A stretch of DNA of 64,000 nt. It comes from Octopus sinensis (lineage: Eukaryota). Below, piece after piece: positions 51,496-64,000 of the stretch. Both the position numbers and the translations under genes were made by a program. Under the pieces are notes generated by a model. It did no database searches. It was not told the DNA's origin and saw only the letters and a list, made by a program, of their open reading frames with translations. The stretch is taken from positions 2,232,001 to 2,296,000 of the forward strand of contig NC_043024.1 in assembly GCF_006345805.1 (NCBI RefSeq), written 5' to 3'. Numbering within the stretch: the first letter of the stretch is position 1; each line of letters opens with the position of its first letter.

Positions 51496-51941
51496 ACGAA
51501 TGCTGCCATTGATTAGCTCCAAGAGGCCATCACCTCTAGTTAGCTATGTGACACACGGACCTGTGTCCATTATAACCTTCGAACAGGAGAGGTCAGCTGC
51601 TTCCCCTTGCTGGTCAGACATCTGCAGACAGCACCACTGCCGTAGTCTCCTTTAGAGAGAGTTAAAAAGAATAATATTTCTATTTTTGAAAACCAGTGGA
51701 TGTATTCCACTGAATTTAGGTAAATAATCCTTCGAACAGACGGCCAGTAGCGACACCTGCCTGGTTCAGCTGCTCTGCATTGATAAGGGGCAAATAGCCT
51801 GAAACATGTCTGCAGACGCCTGACCAGCAAGGGGAAGCGGCTGACCTCCCCTGTTCGAAGGTTATAATGGACGCAGGTTTGTGTGTCACATAGCTAGCTA
51901 GAGGCGATGGCCTCTTGGAGCTAATCAACGGCAGCTTTCGT
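51496..51941. mobile_element. Foldback element with ~135-bp terminal inverted repeats
   Basis: 51496-51630 is the reverse complement of about 51807-51941; mismatches are almost all transitions; no clear TSD. Confidence 0.7.
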
Positions 51942-52173
51942 CCTATATTTCTGGACTGCCATATTAGCTTGGGGATAATTATTAATATATATATATATAA
52001 AAAGCACCCACTACACTCACGGAGTGGTTGGCGTTAGGAAGGGCATCCAGCTGTAGAAACATTGCCAGATCAGACTGGAGCCTGGTGCAGCCTTCGGGCT
52101 TGCCAGACCCCAGTTGAACCGTCCAACCCATGCTAGCATGGAAAGCGGACGCTAAATGATGATGATGATGTAT

Positions 52174-52204
<31 letters not shown>

Positions 52205-52430
52205 CACATACATACATATATATATACATATATATACACACATACACACCACACACACATATGTGTGTGTGTGTGCACGTGTATATATATATATATATAT
52301 AATATATTTAACGCTCAGGAATAGAAAAAGTCGTTTACGTTTCGAGCCTACGCTCTTCGACAGAAAGGAACAACGGAAATAAACAAGGAGAGAAAATCGA
52401 AAACAGTTTAGTGGCAAACGATATATATTA

Positions 52431-52483
<53 letters not shown>

Positions 52484-52605
52484 TATATATATATTTAACG
52501 CTCAGGAATAGAAAAGTCGTTTACGTTTCGAGCCTACGCTCTTCGACAGAAAGGAACACGGAAATAAACAAGGAGAGAAAATCGAAAACAGTTTAGTGGC
52601 AAACG

Positions 52606-52667
<62 letters not shown>

Positions 52668-52909
52668 ACACAGGCTACGCACAAGCCAGTAAAATCAATA
52701 AGGTAGTGAGATAATGTGAATTAAGGTCAAAGGTCAGTTTGCACCATTCTAGGTTTAATGTAACCAGAGAGATTAACACTGTTGTTGATATAACACACAC
52801 ACACACACACACACGTGAAGGCATAGATGCAAAACAATATGGAGGGGATAATACTTGAATGCCAAAGACAGAATAGTATTTTATTGAAGCTGTAAAAACT
52901 TCAGGAGGT

Positions 52910-53083
52910 GTAGGAGTGGCTGTGTGGTAAGTAGCTTGCTTACGAACCACATGGTCCCGGGTTCAGTCCCACTGCGTAGTACCTTGGGCAAGTGTCTTCT
53001 GCTATAGCCTCGGGATGACCAAAGCCTTGTGAGTGGATTTGGTAGACGGAAACTGTAAGAAGCACGTCGTATATATGTATATG

Positions 53084-53123
<40 letters not shown>

Positions 53124-53328
53124 TGTGTGTCTGTTTGTCCCCCCAACATCGCTTGGCAACAAATGCTGGTGTGTTTTACGTCCCCGTAACTTAGCGATGC
53201 GGCAAAAGTGACCGATAGAATAAGTACTAGGCTTACAAAGAATAAGTCCCGGGGTCGATTTGCTCGACTAAAGGCGGTGCTCCAGCATGGCCGCAGTCAA
53301 ATGACCGAAACAAGTAGAAGAGTAAAGA

Positions 53329-53330
<2 letters not shown>
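52910..53330 (+). mobile_element. tRNA-derived SINE family C with internal microsatellite
   Basis: GGAGTGGCTGTGTGGTAAG..GGTTCAGTCCC head, central (TA/TG)n, (AAAGAGT)n tail. Other copies: 2330-2910, 4730-5090, 6400-7085, 14750-15210, 17165-17562, 37770-38510, 51043-51435, 59002-59325, 60520-60895, 61262-61682. Confidence 0.85.
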
Positions 53331-53390
<60 letters not shown>

Positions 53391-56087
53391 TGTATATATA
53401 TATATACACAAACATTTAAAAAATGGTTCAATATTGAATGTGTAACTATAAACAATATCAAACCATTCTTTAATTACACAAGAATCGCTAAATAACAAAA
53501 TGTTTATACATACATGTTTTCCAACGATCTACCAACACAATATATGAATCACCCAAATAAAGCTCTCTCCACAAATACTAACGGTTTTAGTATTTCAAAA
53601 ATAAACATACTACTACTACTAATAATAATAACAATTATACTAACAATAGACCGTTACAAAAAGCAACTGATTCCGACTGCTGGTTTTATTCTGCTAAGGC
53701 GAACGGACCCACCCACACAAACGTTCATCTAAATTGAAATGATAATCGGGTATATATATTGTTCTTTTATATTTAAAAAGAAATCCGATATTAAGGTAAA
53801 CCAGTTATTTTTAAATTTAGCTTTAAAGCCACAGCCAAAAAGTTGATAAACAGGCGAGGTTTCTGCATTTGAGAACCGGTCTTCAGGAAAGAAATAAAAA
53901 TTCTATGAGGCTATAATGTATTTTAGCGGCGTAAAATCTCAAATGTCGCCGTTGAAGTTTTTCTTTCTCTGTTTTCGAAAGAACTTCGATGTTTTTCATA
54001 TACAACAAAGATATTGCTTTGTTATTTTGTCTGTTGCTTTTTTGCATAAGGCCAGCTAATTTCATGGGAATGGGTAAATCGATTATAGTGTTCAACAGGT
54101 ACTTATTTTATCGACCACGAAAGGATGGAAAATTTCAAATTTTGGCGCTAGGCCAGCAAGCTCGGGGAGGGGGTACGCCGATTATATATCGACCCCCAGT
54201 ACTCAAACTGATACTTACTTTATCAACCCCAAAAGGATGAAAGGCAAAATCGATTCTGACAGCATTTGAACACAGAACTTAAAAACGGACGAAATACCTA
54301 TCTCTTTACTACCCACAAGGGGCTAAACGCACAAGGGACAAACAAGGACAGACAAACAGATTAAGTAGATTATATCAACCCCATGCGTAACTGGTACTTA
54401 ATTTATCGACCCCGAAAGGATGAAAGGCAAAGTCGACCTCGGCGGAGTTTGAACTCAGAACGTAACGCAGACGAAATACCTATTTCTTTACTACCCACAA
54501 GGGGCTAAACATAGAGAGGACAAACAAGGACAAACAAACAGATTAAGTAGATTATATCAACCCCAGTGCGTAACTGGTACTTTATTTATCGACCCCGAAA
54601 GGATGAAAGGCAAAGTCGACCTCGGCGGAGTTTGAACTCAGAACGTAACGCAGACGAAATACCTATTTCTTTACTACCCAAAAGGGGCTAAACATAGAGA
54701 GGACAAACAAGGACAGACAAACAGATTAAGTAGATTATATCAACCCCAGTGCGTAACTGGTACTTAATTTATCGACCCCGAAAGGATGAAAGGCAAAGTC
54801 GACCTCGGCGGAATTTGAACTCACAACGTAACGCAGACGAAATACCTATTTCTTTACTACCCACAAGGGGCTAAACATAGAGGGGGACAAACAAGGACAG
54901 ACATAGGTATTAAGTCGATTATATCGACCCCAGTGCGTAACTGATACTTTATTTATCGACCCCGAAAGGATGAAAGGCAAAGTCGACCTCGGCGGAATTT
55001 GAACTTCAGAACGTAACGGCAGACGAAATACGGCAACGCATTTCGCCCGGCGTGCTAACCATTCTGCCAGCTCTCCATCCTGCGGCCTTCACTCTCTTTT
55101 CAATCGCAACAATCACAAATGCAAAGATGATGTTTATGTCTCTAACATAGCGATTCGACAAAAAGGTACCGATAGAATAAGTCCCAGATTTAAAAAAATA
55201 GTTCAAGGTGGTGCCCCAGCATGGCCGCAGGGCAAGCGATACAAAGACTTTATAGGAAACAGGTAGCTACAGACATGTGATGCACGTAAAGACGAATGGA
55301 ATGTGATCATGGATGGGCTGCTATTGAACATAGGCATGTTCATTCAGGACTGACCTGTGGTTAAACAACTACAACGATAAACAATGGAGACCAGTCAACC
55401 TGGTTGTTGAACTTGCTAGAAATAACAGCCAAATCCGTCTCAGATCGCATTTTATTGTATTAAAACAGCGCAAGGACACACTGGGAATTAAAGATTGCTG
55501 AGTTAAATATTATTTTAGAAAATATAAATGGTTTAAATTTGCTTCCTTCGCCGGACTAAAATCTATGATAATTTTTTATTAATTCCATCCTGCTAATTAG
55601 CTCGATATTATAATTGGATGCGTAGAACATAGAATAAAAGAAACTTACTCGAATATTGTGTGTGGACAAACCACAATGGCTCGGCTAATTAATCAGAATA
55701 ATGAATGAATCATAACTTTGGTCTGTGTCCGAACAGTTATAGAAACTCCTTGTAATGTTAGACATAAAACAGACATTGCGTGAATGATAGTTAAAATAAT
55801 TATACGGATGCACAGAAGCAACAAATTCGTTGCAATGTATTTATTTCTAGGTTTCCAAATGAAAACCGATGTTGATGTGTTTACGTCCCCCGTACCTTAG
55901 CGGTTCGACAAAAAAAAAATGTGTCTGTTAGTATAAATCTCTGGCCTTCAAAAATTAAATGCTGAGATCGTTTTGTTCGACTAAAACTCTTCACGGCGGT
56001 GCCCCAGTATGGCCATAGTCCAACTACTGAAACAAGTAGAATGTGTGTGCGTGTATATACATCTATCTATCTCTCTATCTCTCTCTC

Positions 56088-56131
<44 letters not shown>

Positions 56132-56140
56132 TATATATAC

Positions 56141-56174
<34 letters not shown>

Positions 56175-56326
56175 ACATATTAGAAAATTGAGGTAATCAG
56201 ATCAGATGGTTCATATTTGTAGATATTTATTTTATATTACATTTTTTACATATATATCATATCATTCGGATTAGCGCTTGCTCCCATTCTAGTGGGTTTT
56301 ATATACATATATATATATATATATAC

Positions 56327-56367
<41 letters not shown>

Positions 56368-56392
56368 TATACATATATATATATATATATAC

Positions 56393-56447
<55 letters not shown>

Positions 56448-56593
56448 CATATATATACATATATATATACACACATATATACATTTATATATATATACAT
56501 ATATATATACACATATATACATATATTATATACACATTTATATATATATATACTTTATTTTATATACTTTATTTAAAGCAGCAGAAAATTCAA

Positions 56594-56645
56594 CAAAATC
56601 TGTTACTCTGAGTTTCTCGTTGCCGTTCATCAGACAGTTTTTGCT
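56594..56645 (-). ncRNA. Hammerhead ribozyme motif with weak stem II
   Basis: AAAAACTGT-CTGATGA-ACGGCAACGA-GAAA-CTCAGAG-TA-ACAGATTTT: stem I about 10 bp with one mismatch, stem III 3 bp, GUA triplet; stem II is closed by an A.A mismatch. Confidence 0.55.
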
Positions 56646-56695
56646 AGAATGGAACTGATATATCAATTCAATCCAAATATATATACATATATGTG

Positions 56696-56759
<64 letters not shown>

Positions 56760-56859
56760 CATATATGTGTATGTGTATTATAAATATACACACACACATA
56801 TATATACATATATATATACATATATGAGTATGTGTATATATAAAACTCTAAAAAAAGGA

Positions 56860-57091
56860 AAGAAAACCGCAATTCTTCCGACGGCTACGCGAATCAATCA
56901 TTATAGCGCTTAGCATCTGCCATACTTGCCTCCGCCCTTTAATTGCTTCAGCGCATGCCTCTCTCTCTCTCTCTCTCTCTCTTAACCTGCTCCTTCTTAT
57001 TAAAGCCAACCTCTTTTGGTGGTTGTTCATTTCTCTTTCCCTGGTCACTTTCAGGCTTTTGATTAATTAATCCATTCATTCATCATCCACG
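56860..57091. promoter_or_regulatory. Probable TOMM7 promoter/5' region, possibly bidirectional with the TRIM gene
   Basis: Unique CpG-containing sequence immediately 5' of the TOMM7 ATG; partial NRF1-like GCGCATGC at 56951-56958; candidate minus-strand donor (CAA|GTATGG) near 56925. Confidence 0.35.
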
Positions 57092-57194
57092 ATGGTACAC
57101 ATGAGTCCAGAAATGAAATCCCGTGTCAGCAGTGTGCTGTGGGTAGCTAAGACAATTTTCCACGTAGGATTTATTCCTTCTGTGCTTTACTTAG
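57092..57194 (+). CDS. TOMM7: TOM7 exon 1 (MVHMSPEMKSRVSSVLWVAKTIFHVGFIPSVLYL)
   Basis: Matches the Tom7 motif GFIPxVxYLG; perfect donor TTAG|gtgagt, phase 1. Too short for the ORF track. Confidence 0.9.
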
Positions 57195-58004
57195 GTGAGT
57201 CCTTGTCACTAATTAAACTAATTATTAATTAATTTCCCGTTTGATGTTCGTAAAAATCCAATTCGTTTTATTCTCAATTTCACTTCAATGTTTCATGGAC
57301 ACCCTTGATGTTCCTTGTTTTATTATAAATCCCAACTAAATCCTTAAAGATCAGGATGCAATTATAACTTTATAATTGCTTCATGTGCCCGTCGTGGATT
57401 ATTGAAGATTATTGAAGAATTCCCACATGTCCCGGGGCGAATCTCTCTATTATATAAAAACAAAGTCTAACATTTTCCCCCCTCTACTGTTTGCAGTGTG
57501 TATCTACTTATTATATATATATATATTATATATACACACACATATATATATATATATTATATATACACACACACACATATATATATTATATATACACACA
57601 CACACATATATATATTATACACACACACACACACATATATATATTATATATACACACATATATATATATATATATACAAACATACACACATATATATATA
57701 TTATATATACAAACACACACACACATATATATATTATATATACACACACACACACACACATATATATCTATATGAAATGGTTTTATTGAAACAAACTTTG
57801 TGGATCACTGATTTTTATGAACATCAAAATAGGAAACGACTCTGTTGTGGCTGTCCGTTTCCTTTAAATCTGTTTCACGTCTCATTCATTTAACCTTGAA
57901 GAATTATTGGGGGTCTCCGACTCCAGACTCCTTGTTTGGAGCCGATTTGTTTAGAAAGAAATCTTTGTTCATGATTAACGTTAAAGTACTATTATATATA
58001 CCCC

Positions 58005-58054
<50 letters not shown>

Positions 58055-58509
58055 ATATTATCATGTATGTGTGTGTTACGTATAAGCAAGTATATACACG
58101 TGTGTGTATTAAATATTAGCATGTGTGTGTATGTATATATATATATATATACACACACATGCTAATATTTAATATCAGGGCTTCCTGATGATTTCTTTTG
58201 AATGAAACAATTCTTGTCCTGTAGAAGCTCCTTCTATAAAATAAATTACTTTACTCTATGTATTGAGTACCTTATTTACTGTGGTTAACCCCGACTCAAC
58301 CCGGTACCTACATATATACATATATATATATATATATGGTCTTTCCTATATATACACACTAGCGTATCTATCAATAAATGCTAGCATATCTATCTGTATG
58401 TCTATGTCTATCTATCTGTCTATGTATGTCAGTCTGTGTATATATTATTTGGGAAAGACTTCCGCCTGCCAGTCTTGCCATTATTTGCATGTATATATAT
58501 TTGAATGTT

Positions 58510-58548
<39 letters not shown>

Positions 58549-59151
58549 TGTTTCAGTCATTGGACAGCGGCCGTGCTGGGACGCCGGTCCCCGTGTTGAC
58601 TTTCTAAAAGTCTGGTCCTTATTCTGTCGCTTCCTTTTTGCCGAACCGCTAGTTTTGCATCCCCCATAAACTGGCATCGGTTGTCCAAGTGATGGAACAC
58701 TTACATACATATACACACACACGACGGACTTATTCACTGAAAAGGCATTGGTCAGCCTGAGGCTGTAGTAGAAGACACTTTTTCAACATGCCATGCAATG
58801 GGATCGAACCTTAAACCATGTGGTTGCAAACCGAACACCGTAACCCTTATATTATACGTTTGCTTCCTATACAGTTATGTGCGAGTGTGGTACATTATTT
58901 ATTTCCTTCTACATATATTTATTTAGCTATTATTTTGTAATATATACTTGCATGTACGTACATTTGTGTGTGTTCATATATATATATATATATGTATATA
59001 TAGGCGCAGGAGTGGTTGTGTGGTATGTAGCTTGCTTCGAACCACATGGTTCCGGGTTCATTCCCACTGTGTGCACCTTGGGCAAGTGTCTTCTACTATA
59101 ACCTCGGGCCGACCGAAGCCTTGTGAGTGGATTTGGTAGAATCCCGTCGTA

Positions 59152-59196
<45 letters not shown>

Positions 59197-59347
59197 TTGT
59201 GTGTCTGTGTTTGTCCCCCCAACATCGCTTGACAACCGATGCTGGTTTGTTTACGTCCCCATAACTTAGCGGTTCGGCAAAAGAGACCGATAGAATAAGT
59301 ACTAAGCTTACAAAGAATAAGTCCTTTAGTTGTTTTTTTTTTATATA

Positions 59348-59581
59348 CAGTGTTGGCCAAAAGTCCCCTGACAATAAACCAAAATTCCGTAAATACTATC
59401 TGTAATTCCGTATTGACTCGAATGGGAAAATGTGTCACTCAAGAAGGACTTCAGTTTGAACCTTTTTCATCGTGTTTCATATTTAGTTGCTTTTATTAAA
59501 TTCATTAAGTTGGGGAAACATAAATAAATCTTGCAATTAAATCGTTTTGATTTACTGTCAGCTGACTTTTGGCCACCCCTA
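59348..59581. mobile_element. Degenerate Tc1-type MITE
   Basis: TA|CAGTGTTGGCCAAAAGTC..GACTTTTGGCCACCCCTA|TA. Confidence 0.5.
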
Positions 59582-59821
59582 TATATATAAAAAACATTAT
59601 TTTGTTATTTTGTTGGAATGTAACAACATTAAACTATATTGTAATATATTTTATTGTAATAAGCTTACATTGAACTTGTAAAAAAACCCATAATAAGTGC
59701 TTTTCTATTTATCCTCAACAAATATCTATAAATTGTTCATTAAAAAATATTTGTTTTTGTATCCATGTGACATTGCTAGCACCAGTTTAATTGTATTTCC
59801 CAACACAAAGAATTCTTTATT

Positions 59822-59860
<39 letters not shown>

Positions 59861-60205
59861 GCCCTGATGCAGTTCCAGGCAGTGACTCTCATGGCTTCTG
59901 ATCTTAACTGATTGGAAGTGATATCATGTACATTGTTTTATCTTGGTATAAAAGATGGCCTATAGCAAATATTCTGCTCAATACCTATTTCTTTACTACC
60001 TACAGAAGGGACAAACAAAGACAGACAAACGGATTAAGTCGATTACATCAACCCCAGTGCGTAACTGGTACTTATTTAATCGACCCCGAAAGGATGAAAG
60101 GCAAAGTCGACCTCAGCGGAATTTGAACTCAGAATGTAACGGCAGACGAAATGCTGCTAAGCATTTTGCCCGGCGTGCTAATGATTCTGCCAGCTGGCCG
60201 CCTTC

Positions 60206-60312
60206 AAAAAGTATGGAACGCTTCATGAATTTGCGTGTCATCCTTGCGCAGGGGCTGTGCTAATCTTCTCTGTATCGTACCAATTTTAGAATATGTACCG
60301 CTGTAGCTAGTA
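60206..60312 (-). pseudogene. U6: Full-length U6 snRNA retrocopy
   Basis: Minus strand reads ..GTACATATTCTAAAATTGGTACGATACAGAGAAGATTAGCACAGCCCCTGCGCAAGGATGACACGCAAATTCATGAAGCGTTCCATACTTTTT. The ACAGAGA box is intact, there are several substitutions, and no upstream PSE/TATA is visible. Confidence 0.93.
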
Positions 60313-61225
60313 TTCTGCTCAATACCACAGATTTGCTTGTCAGTTGTTTGACGAAGGCCAGCTTGTTGCTCTGGCAACGATCTCACTTGTACGGTACTCT
60401 TAGCGCTCCACTAGCAACTGATGCCAGTCACCGAGGTTGATTTCGACTTCGATTTCACTTCCCTCAACAGGTCTTCGCAAGCAGAGTTTAGTGTCCAATG
60501 AAGGAAAGGCACGCATAACTCTTTTACTTGTTTCAGTCATTTCACTGCGGCCATGCTGGAGCACCGCCTTTAACCGAGCAACTCGACCCTGGAACTTATT
60601 CTTTTGTAAGCCCAGTACTTATTCCATCGGTCTCTTTTGCCGAACCGCTAAGTGACGGGGACATAAACACACCAGCATCGGTTGTCAAGCAATGCTAGGG
60701 GGACAAACAAACAAACACACACACACATACATATATATATATACGACGGGCTTCTTTCAGTTTCCGTCTACCAAATCCACTCACAAGGTATTGGTCGGCC
60801 CGAGGCTATAGTAGAAGACACTTGCCCAAGGTACCACGCAGTGGGACTGAACCTGGAACCATGTGGTTGGTAAACAAGCTACTTACCACACACCCACTCT
60901 GGACTGAATCATGGATTATTTCATAGCTTTGGGATTTCAACGATATGATTGTTTATGATTTGAATGACATTGTCAGATAGGTGTGAGAGACCAGATCTGG
61001 TCAGTTTGAACATAAAACAGGGAAAACATTCTGGGCCCAAGATATAGCTGGTTTATATGCTAAAGGGCTAAAGCTGCCCCCACCCCTAAGCAAATTAATG
61101 CCCTGGGCTTTATAGTATTTATTGATAGCAAACCACTGCATGCATTGAATAGAATTAGACCCCTTGACTCGTGGGGCCCCTTGGCAACTGTCGAGTGTGT
61201 TTATGCCTTAAGATAGCATTGATCA

Positions 61226-61263
<38 letters not shown>

Positions 61264-61477
61264 TCTTTACTCTTTTACTTGTTTCAGTCATTTGACTGCG
61301 GCCATGCTGGAGCACCGCCTTTAGTCGATCAAACCGACTCCGAGACTTATTCTTTTGTAAGCCCAGTACTTACTCCATCAGTCTCTTTTGCCGAACCGCT
61401 AAGTGACGGGTACGTAAACACACCAGCATCAGTTGTCAAGCAATGCTAGGGGGACAAACACACACACACAAACATAT

Positions 61478-61510
<33 letters not shown>

Positions 61511-61726
61511 CATATATACGACGGGCTTCTTTCAGTTTCTATCTACCAAATCCACTCACAAGGCTTTGGTCGGCCTGAGGCTATAGTAGAAGGCACTTGC
61601 CCATGGTGCCACGCAGTGGGACTGAACCCGGAACCATGTGGTTGGTTAGCAAGTTACTTACCACACAGCCACTCCTGCACCTATATATATATTTTTTTTA
61701 TTTACTGAATGTGTTTTTTATTGCAG

Positions 61727-61775
61727 GTTTCAAGAAAGGTGCCGATGAAGGAATGCCAGAATTAACAATGATGAG
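61727..61775 (+). CDS. TOMM7: TOM7 exon 2 (GFKKGADEGMPELTMMS)
   Basis: ttattgcag| and GAG|gtcaga; matches the recalled GFKRGADPGMPEPTVLS. The last exon (LLW-type ending) was not found and is probably beyond the window. Confidence 0.9.
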
Positions 61776-62469
61776 GTCAGATATTTCAGCATTATCATTA
61801 CCTTGTACCTGTACTGTAGTTTGCAATTTCCTTTTTCCTTTTTTTTTTTTTTTCAATTAGTGTACTTGATTTTTACTGGCACCTGTGCTGGTGGCATGTG
61901 TAAAAAGAGTCGAGCAAGGTCGCTGCCAGTACCGCCTGACTGGCCCCCATGCCGGTGGCACGTAAAAAGCACCCACTACACTCTCAGAGTGGTTGGCATT
62001 AGGAAGGGCATCCAGCTGTAGAAACTCTTCCAAATCTAGATTGGAGCCTGGTGCAGCCATCTGGTTTGCCAGCCCTCAGTCAAAATCGTCCAACCCATGA
62101 TAGCATGGAAAGCGGACGTTAAACGATGATGAGGATGATTTCCTTTTCCATTCTTGCTTTCATTGGACAGAGTTCTTCAAGGCTGGTTTTTCTATGGCTT
62201 CTTACCACACAGCCATGCCTGCACCTATAAATGCAGCATTTCCAATCAGACTTGCTCACACATGCAAGCACGATGCACTTCCATGAAATTTCTGTCTACC
62301 AACTTCACCCCCAAGGCATCGGTGAGACTGTATTATAGCTCTGGGTTGACCAAAGTGAAATTAGCAAACAGAACCTGAAAGAAGCCTGATTTTATAATTA
62401 TTTGTATGTGTGGGGGCATGTGCATCCATATTTTGTATCTTTGTGTCATTATGTTGTAAATGATTGTCA

Positions 62470-62885
62470 CTATTATACAATCATCATTGTTCGACCGTGG
62501 TCGAGACAATGGAATTTACCATGCTCCGCCAGACTTCACGGTCCATCATAGCATTACGGAGGTCCTGTTGCTGGATGCCTGTAACCCTGGAGATTACATC
62601 AGGGTAGGAGAGTGTGCGCCCTCTGGTATCGCGAGCAGATGGCTTCCAGAGGAGAAGAGTAGAAATTGCCTCGTTTTCAGCTCTACAACAATGTCCAGCA
62701 AACTGGACTCTTCTACCTTTCACAAGAGATGACACAGGTGGTAGTTTCCCATATATTTGTACTTTGATTGGATGGCGCTTCCACAAGAGATTTTGAGCTC
62801 TCATAAGGAGGCGAGTGTAATGTCCAGGTTTCTGAGCCATATAGTAGAATTGGTTCTACTATATGGCTGTTATACGAGCAGCGTC
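62470..62885 (-). mobile_element. Longer fragment of the same RTE-clade LINE
   Basis: Track ORF 62484-62840 is nearly identical to 21612-21852; lies in TOMM7 intron 2. Confidence 0.85.
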
Positions 62886-64000
62886 ATTCATTTCCAATAT
62901 TCTGTGAGAACATGGGAAAATATTACCTTGCTTGGAAACAGGTGGTAAGAAGGGTATCTGGTCTTGCAAACTTTGCTTCAATAAACCCTGTCTGACTTAT
63001 ATAAGCCTGGAAAAGTTAATGTTAAAATGATGATGGTGGTATAGTATGTGCCATGTGTACAGTTAGATATATGACTGCTCCTAGTGTGGTCAGAACTCCA
63101 TGTAGAATATCATCATCCATTCTGCTTCAAGAATCTGTCCAGCATCAGCTCTTTGACCAGTGTAATATAATGCAATATTGCATTCTCCTAATGAACTGTC
63201 ATGGTTCAACTGTCTCCACTACAGAAGTTACAAATAACCACAAGGTCGAAACGCATGTAGGGAGCAAAGATAGAAACAACATCTTGTGATTGTCATTGGT
63301 TTTCTTCCTCCTCTCTTAGGCCCTCATCTCTCCTACCTTCTTCTTGGACATTTAGTACCTCTCCTTATCCACCTTACCATCAGTCCATCTGGATTGTTGT
63401 TGGAACTTTACACTTCTTGGATTCTACCATCCTGGACCTTACTGTACACTGTTGTTGATCAGTTCTCCTATATATTTATAAGTATCTGTCTCTATCTATC
63501 CCTGTTTGACTATCTATATCTACCTATCTGTTTGTCTGTTTATCTATATATGTATCTATATTTGACAATTGCAGCGTGGAAGGTGTTTATAAGCCATTTA
63601 AGAAACACACAAAAACCGTTCGATTCACTTCAACATTTAAATTTATTTGCCAAAATATTTTCGCCGCTTTGAGACCGTGACCTCTTCACTGACAAAACAT
63701 CATTCTGCATCTCTTCGTGTGTTTCTTAAATGGCTTATAAACACCTTCCGTGCTGCAATTGTTTTCGTTCCAGCACACGATCTCAGATCAGGTCACTTGC
63801 TATGCAAGTACATCTCCGTAATATCTATATTTGTCTATCTATCTATCTCTATTTGTGTCTATCTACTTCTATTTGTCTGTGTTTTATCTATTTATCTGTC
63901 TATTATCTATCTCTGTTTGCCTATCTCTGTCATTTTTTTCTAGCTATCTGTCTCAGTCAATTGATCAATGTATCTCTATCTATCTATCTATCTTTCTTTT

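Noticed and set aside
53845-53895. CTGAAGA..GAAA on the minus strand
   Set aside because: No pairing for stems I-III; chance core match.
60206-60312. Functional U6 gene
   Set aside because: Substitutions such as GCATGG to GCACAG, no upstream promoter elements, SINE fusion and TSD indicate a retrocopy.
61776-64000. TOMM7 last exon
   Set aside because: No AG followed by a phase-2 Leu-Leu-Trp-type ending was found; presumed to lie beyond the window.

Overview
Repeat-dense animal genomic DNA. The SINE/MITE families and microsatellite load suggest an Octopus genome (inference). Four genes are supported: (1) the 3' part of an FBXL18-like F-box/LRR gene (+, 11 exons, 1-28011; the last 8 are firm, the first 3 are inferred and include a 25-nt micro-exon); (2) an unrecognised single-coding-exon gene (+, 39604-40572) with an acidic/Lys-rich N-terminal half and a His/Cys-rich C-terminal half; (3) a RING/2xB-box/coiled-coil TRIM with C-terminal hydrophobic segments (-, 47769-49028); (4) TOMM7 exons 1-2 (+, 57092-61775), head-to-head with the TRIM. 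The rest is SINEs, MITEs, RTE/Penelope/Helitron/mariner remnants and simple repeats, and nearly all other ORFs in the track are repeat artefacts. The most notable observations are hammerhead-ribozyme motifs from four unrelated repeat families (including an intact sense/antisense pair in an FBXL18 intron and a 160-bp TSD-flanked element), a U6-SINE chimeric retrocopy under one 16-bp target-site duplication, SINEs retroposed as head+(body)n multimers, and the His/Cys protein. Homology calls rest on recalled family motifs; no searches were run.
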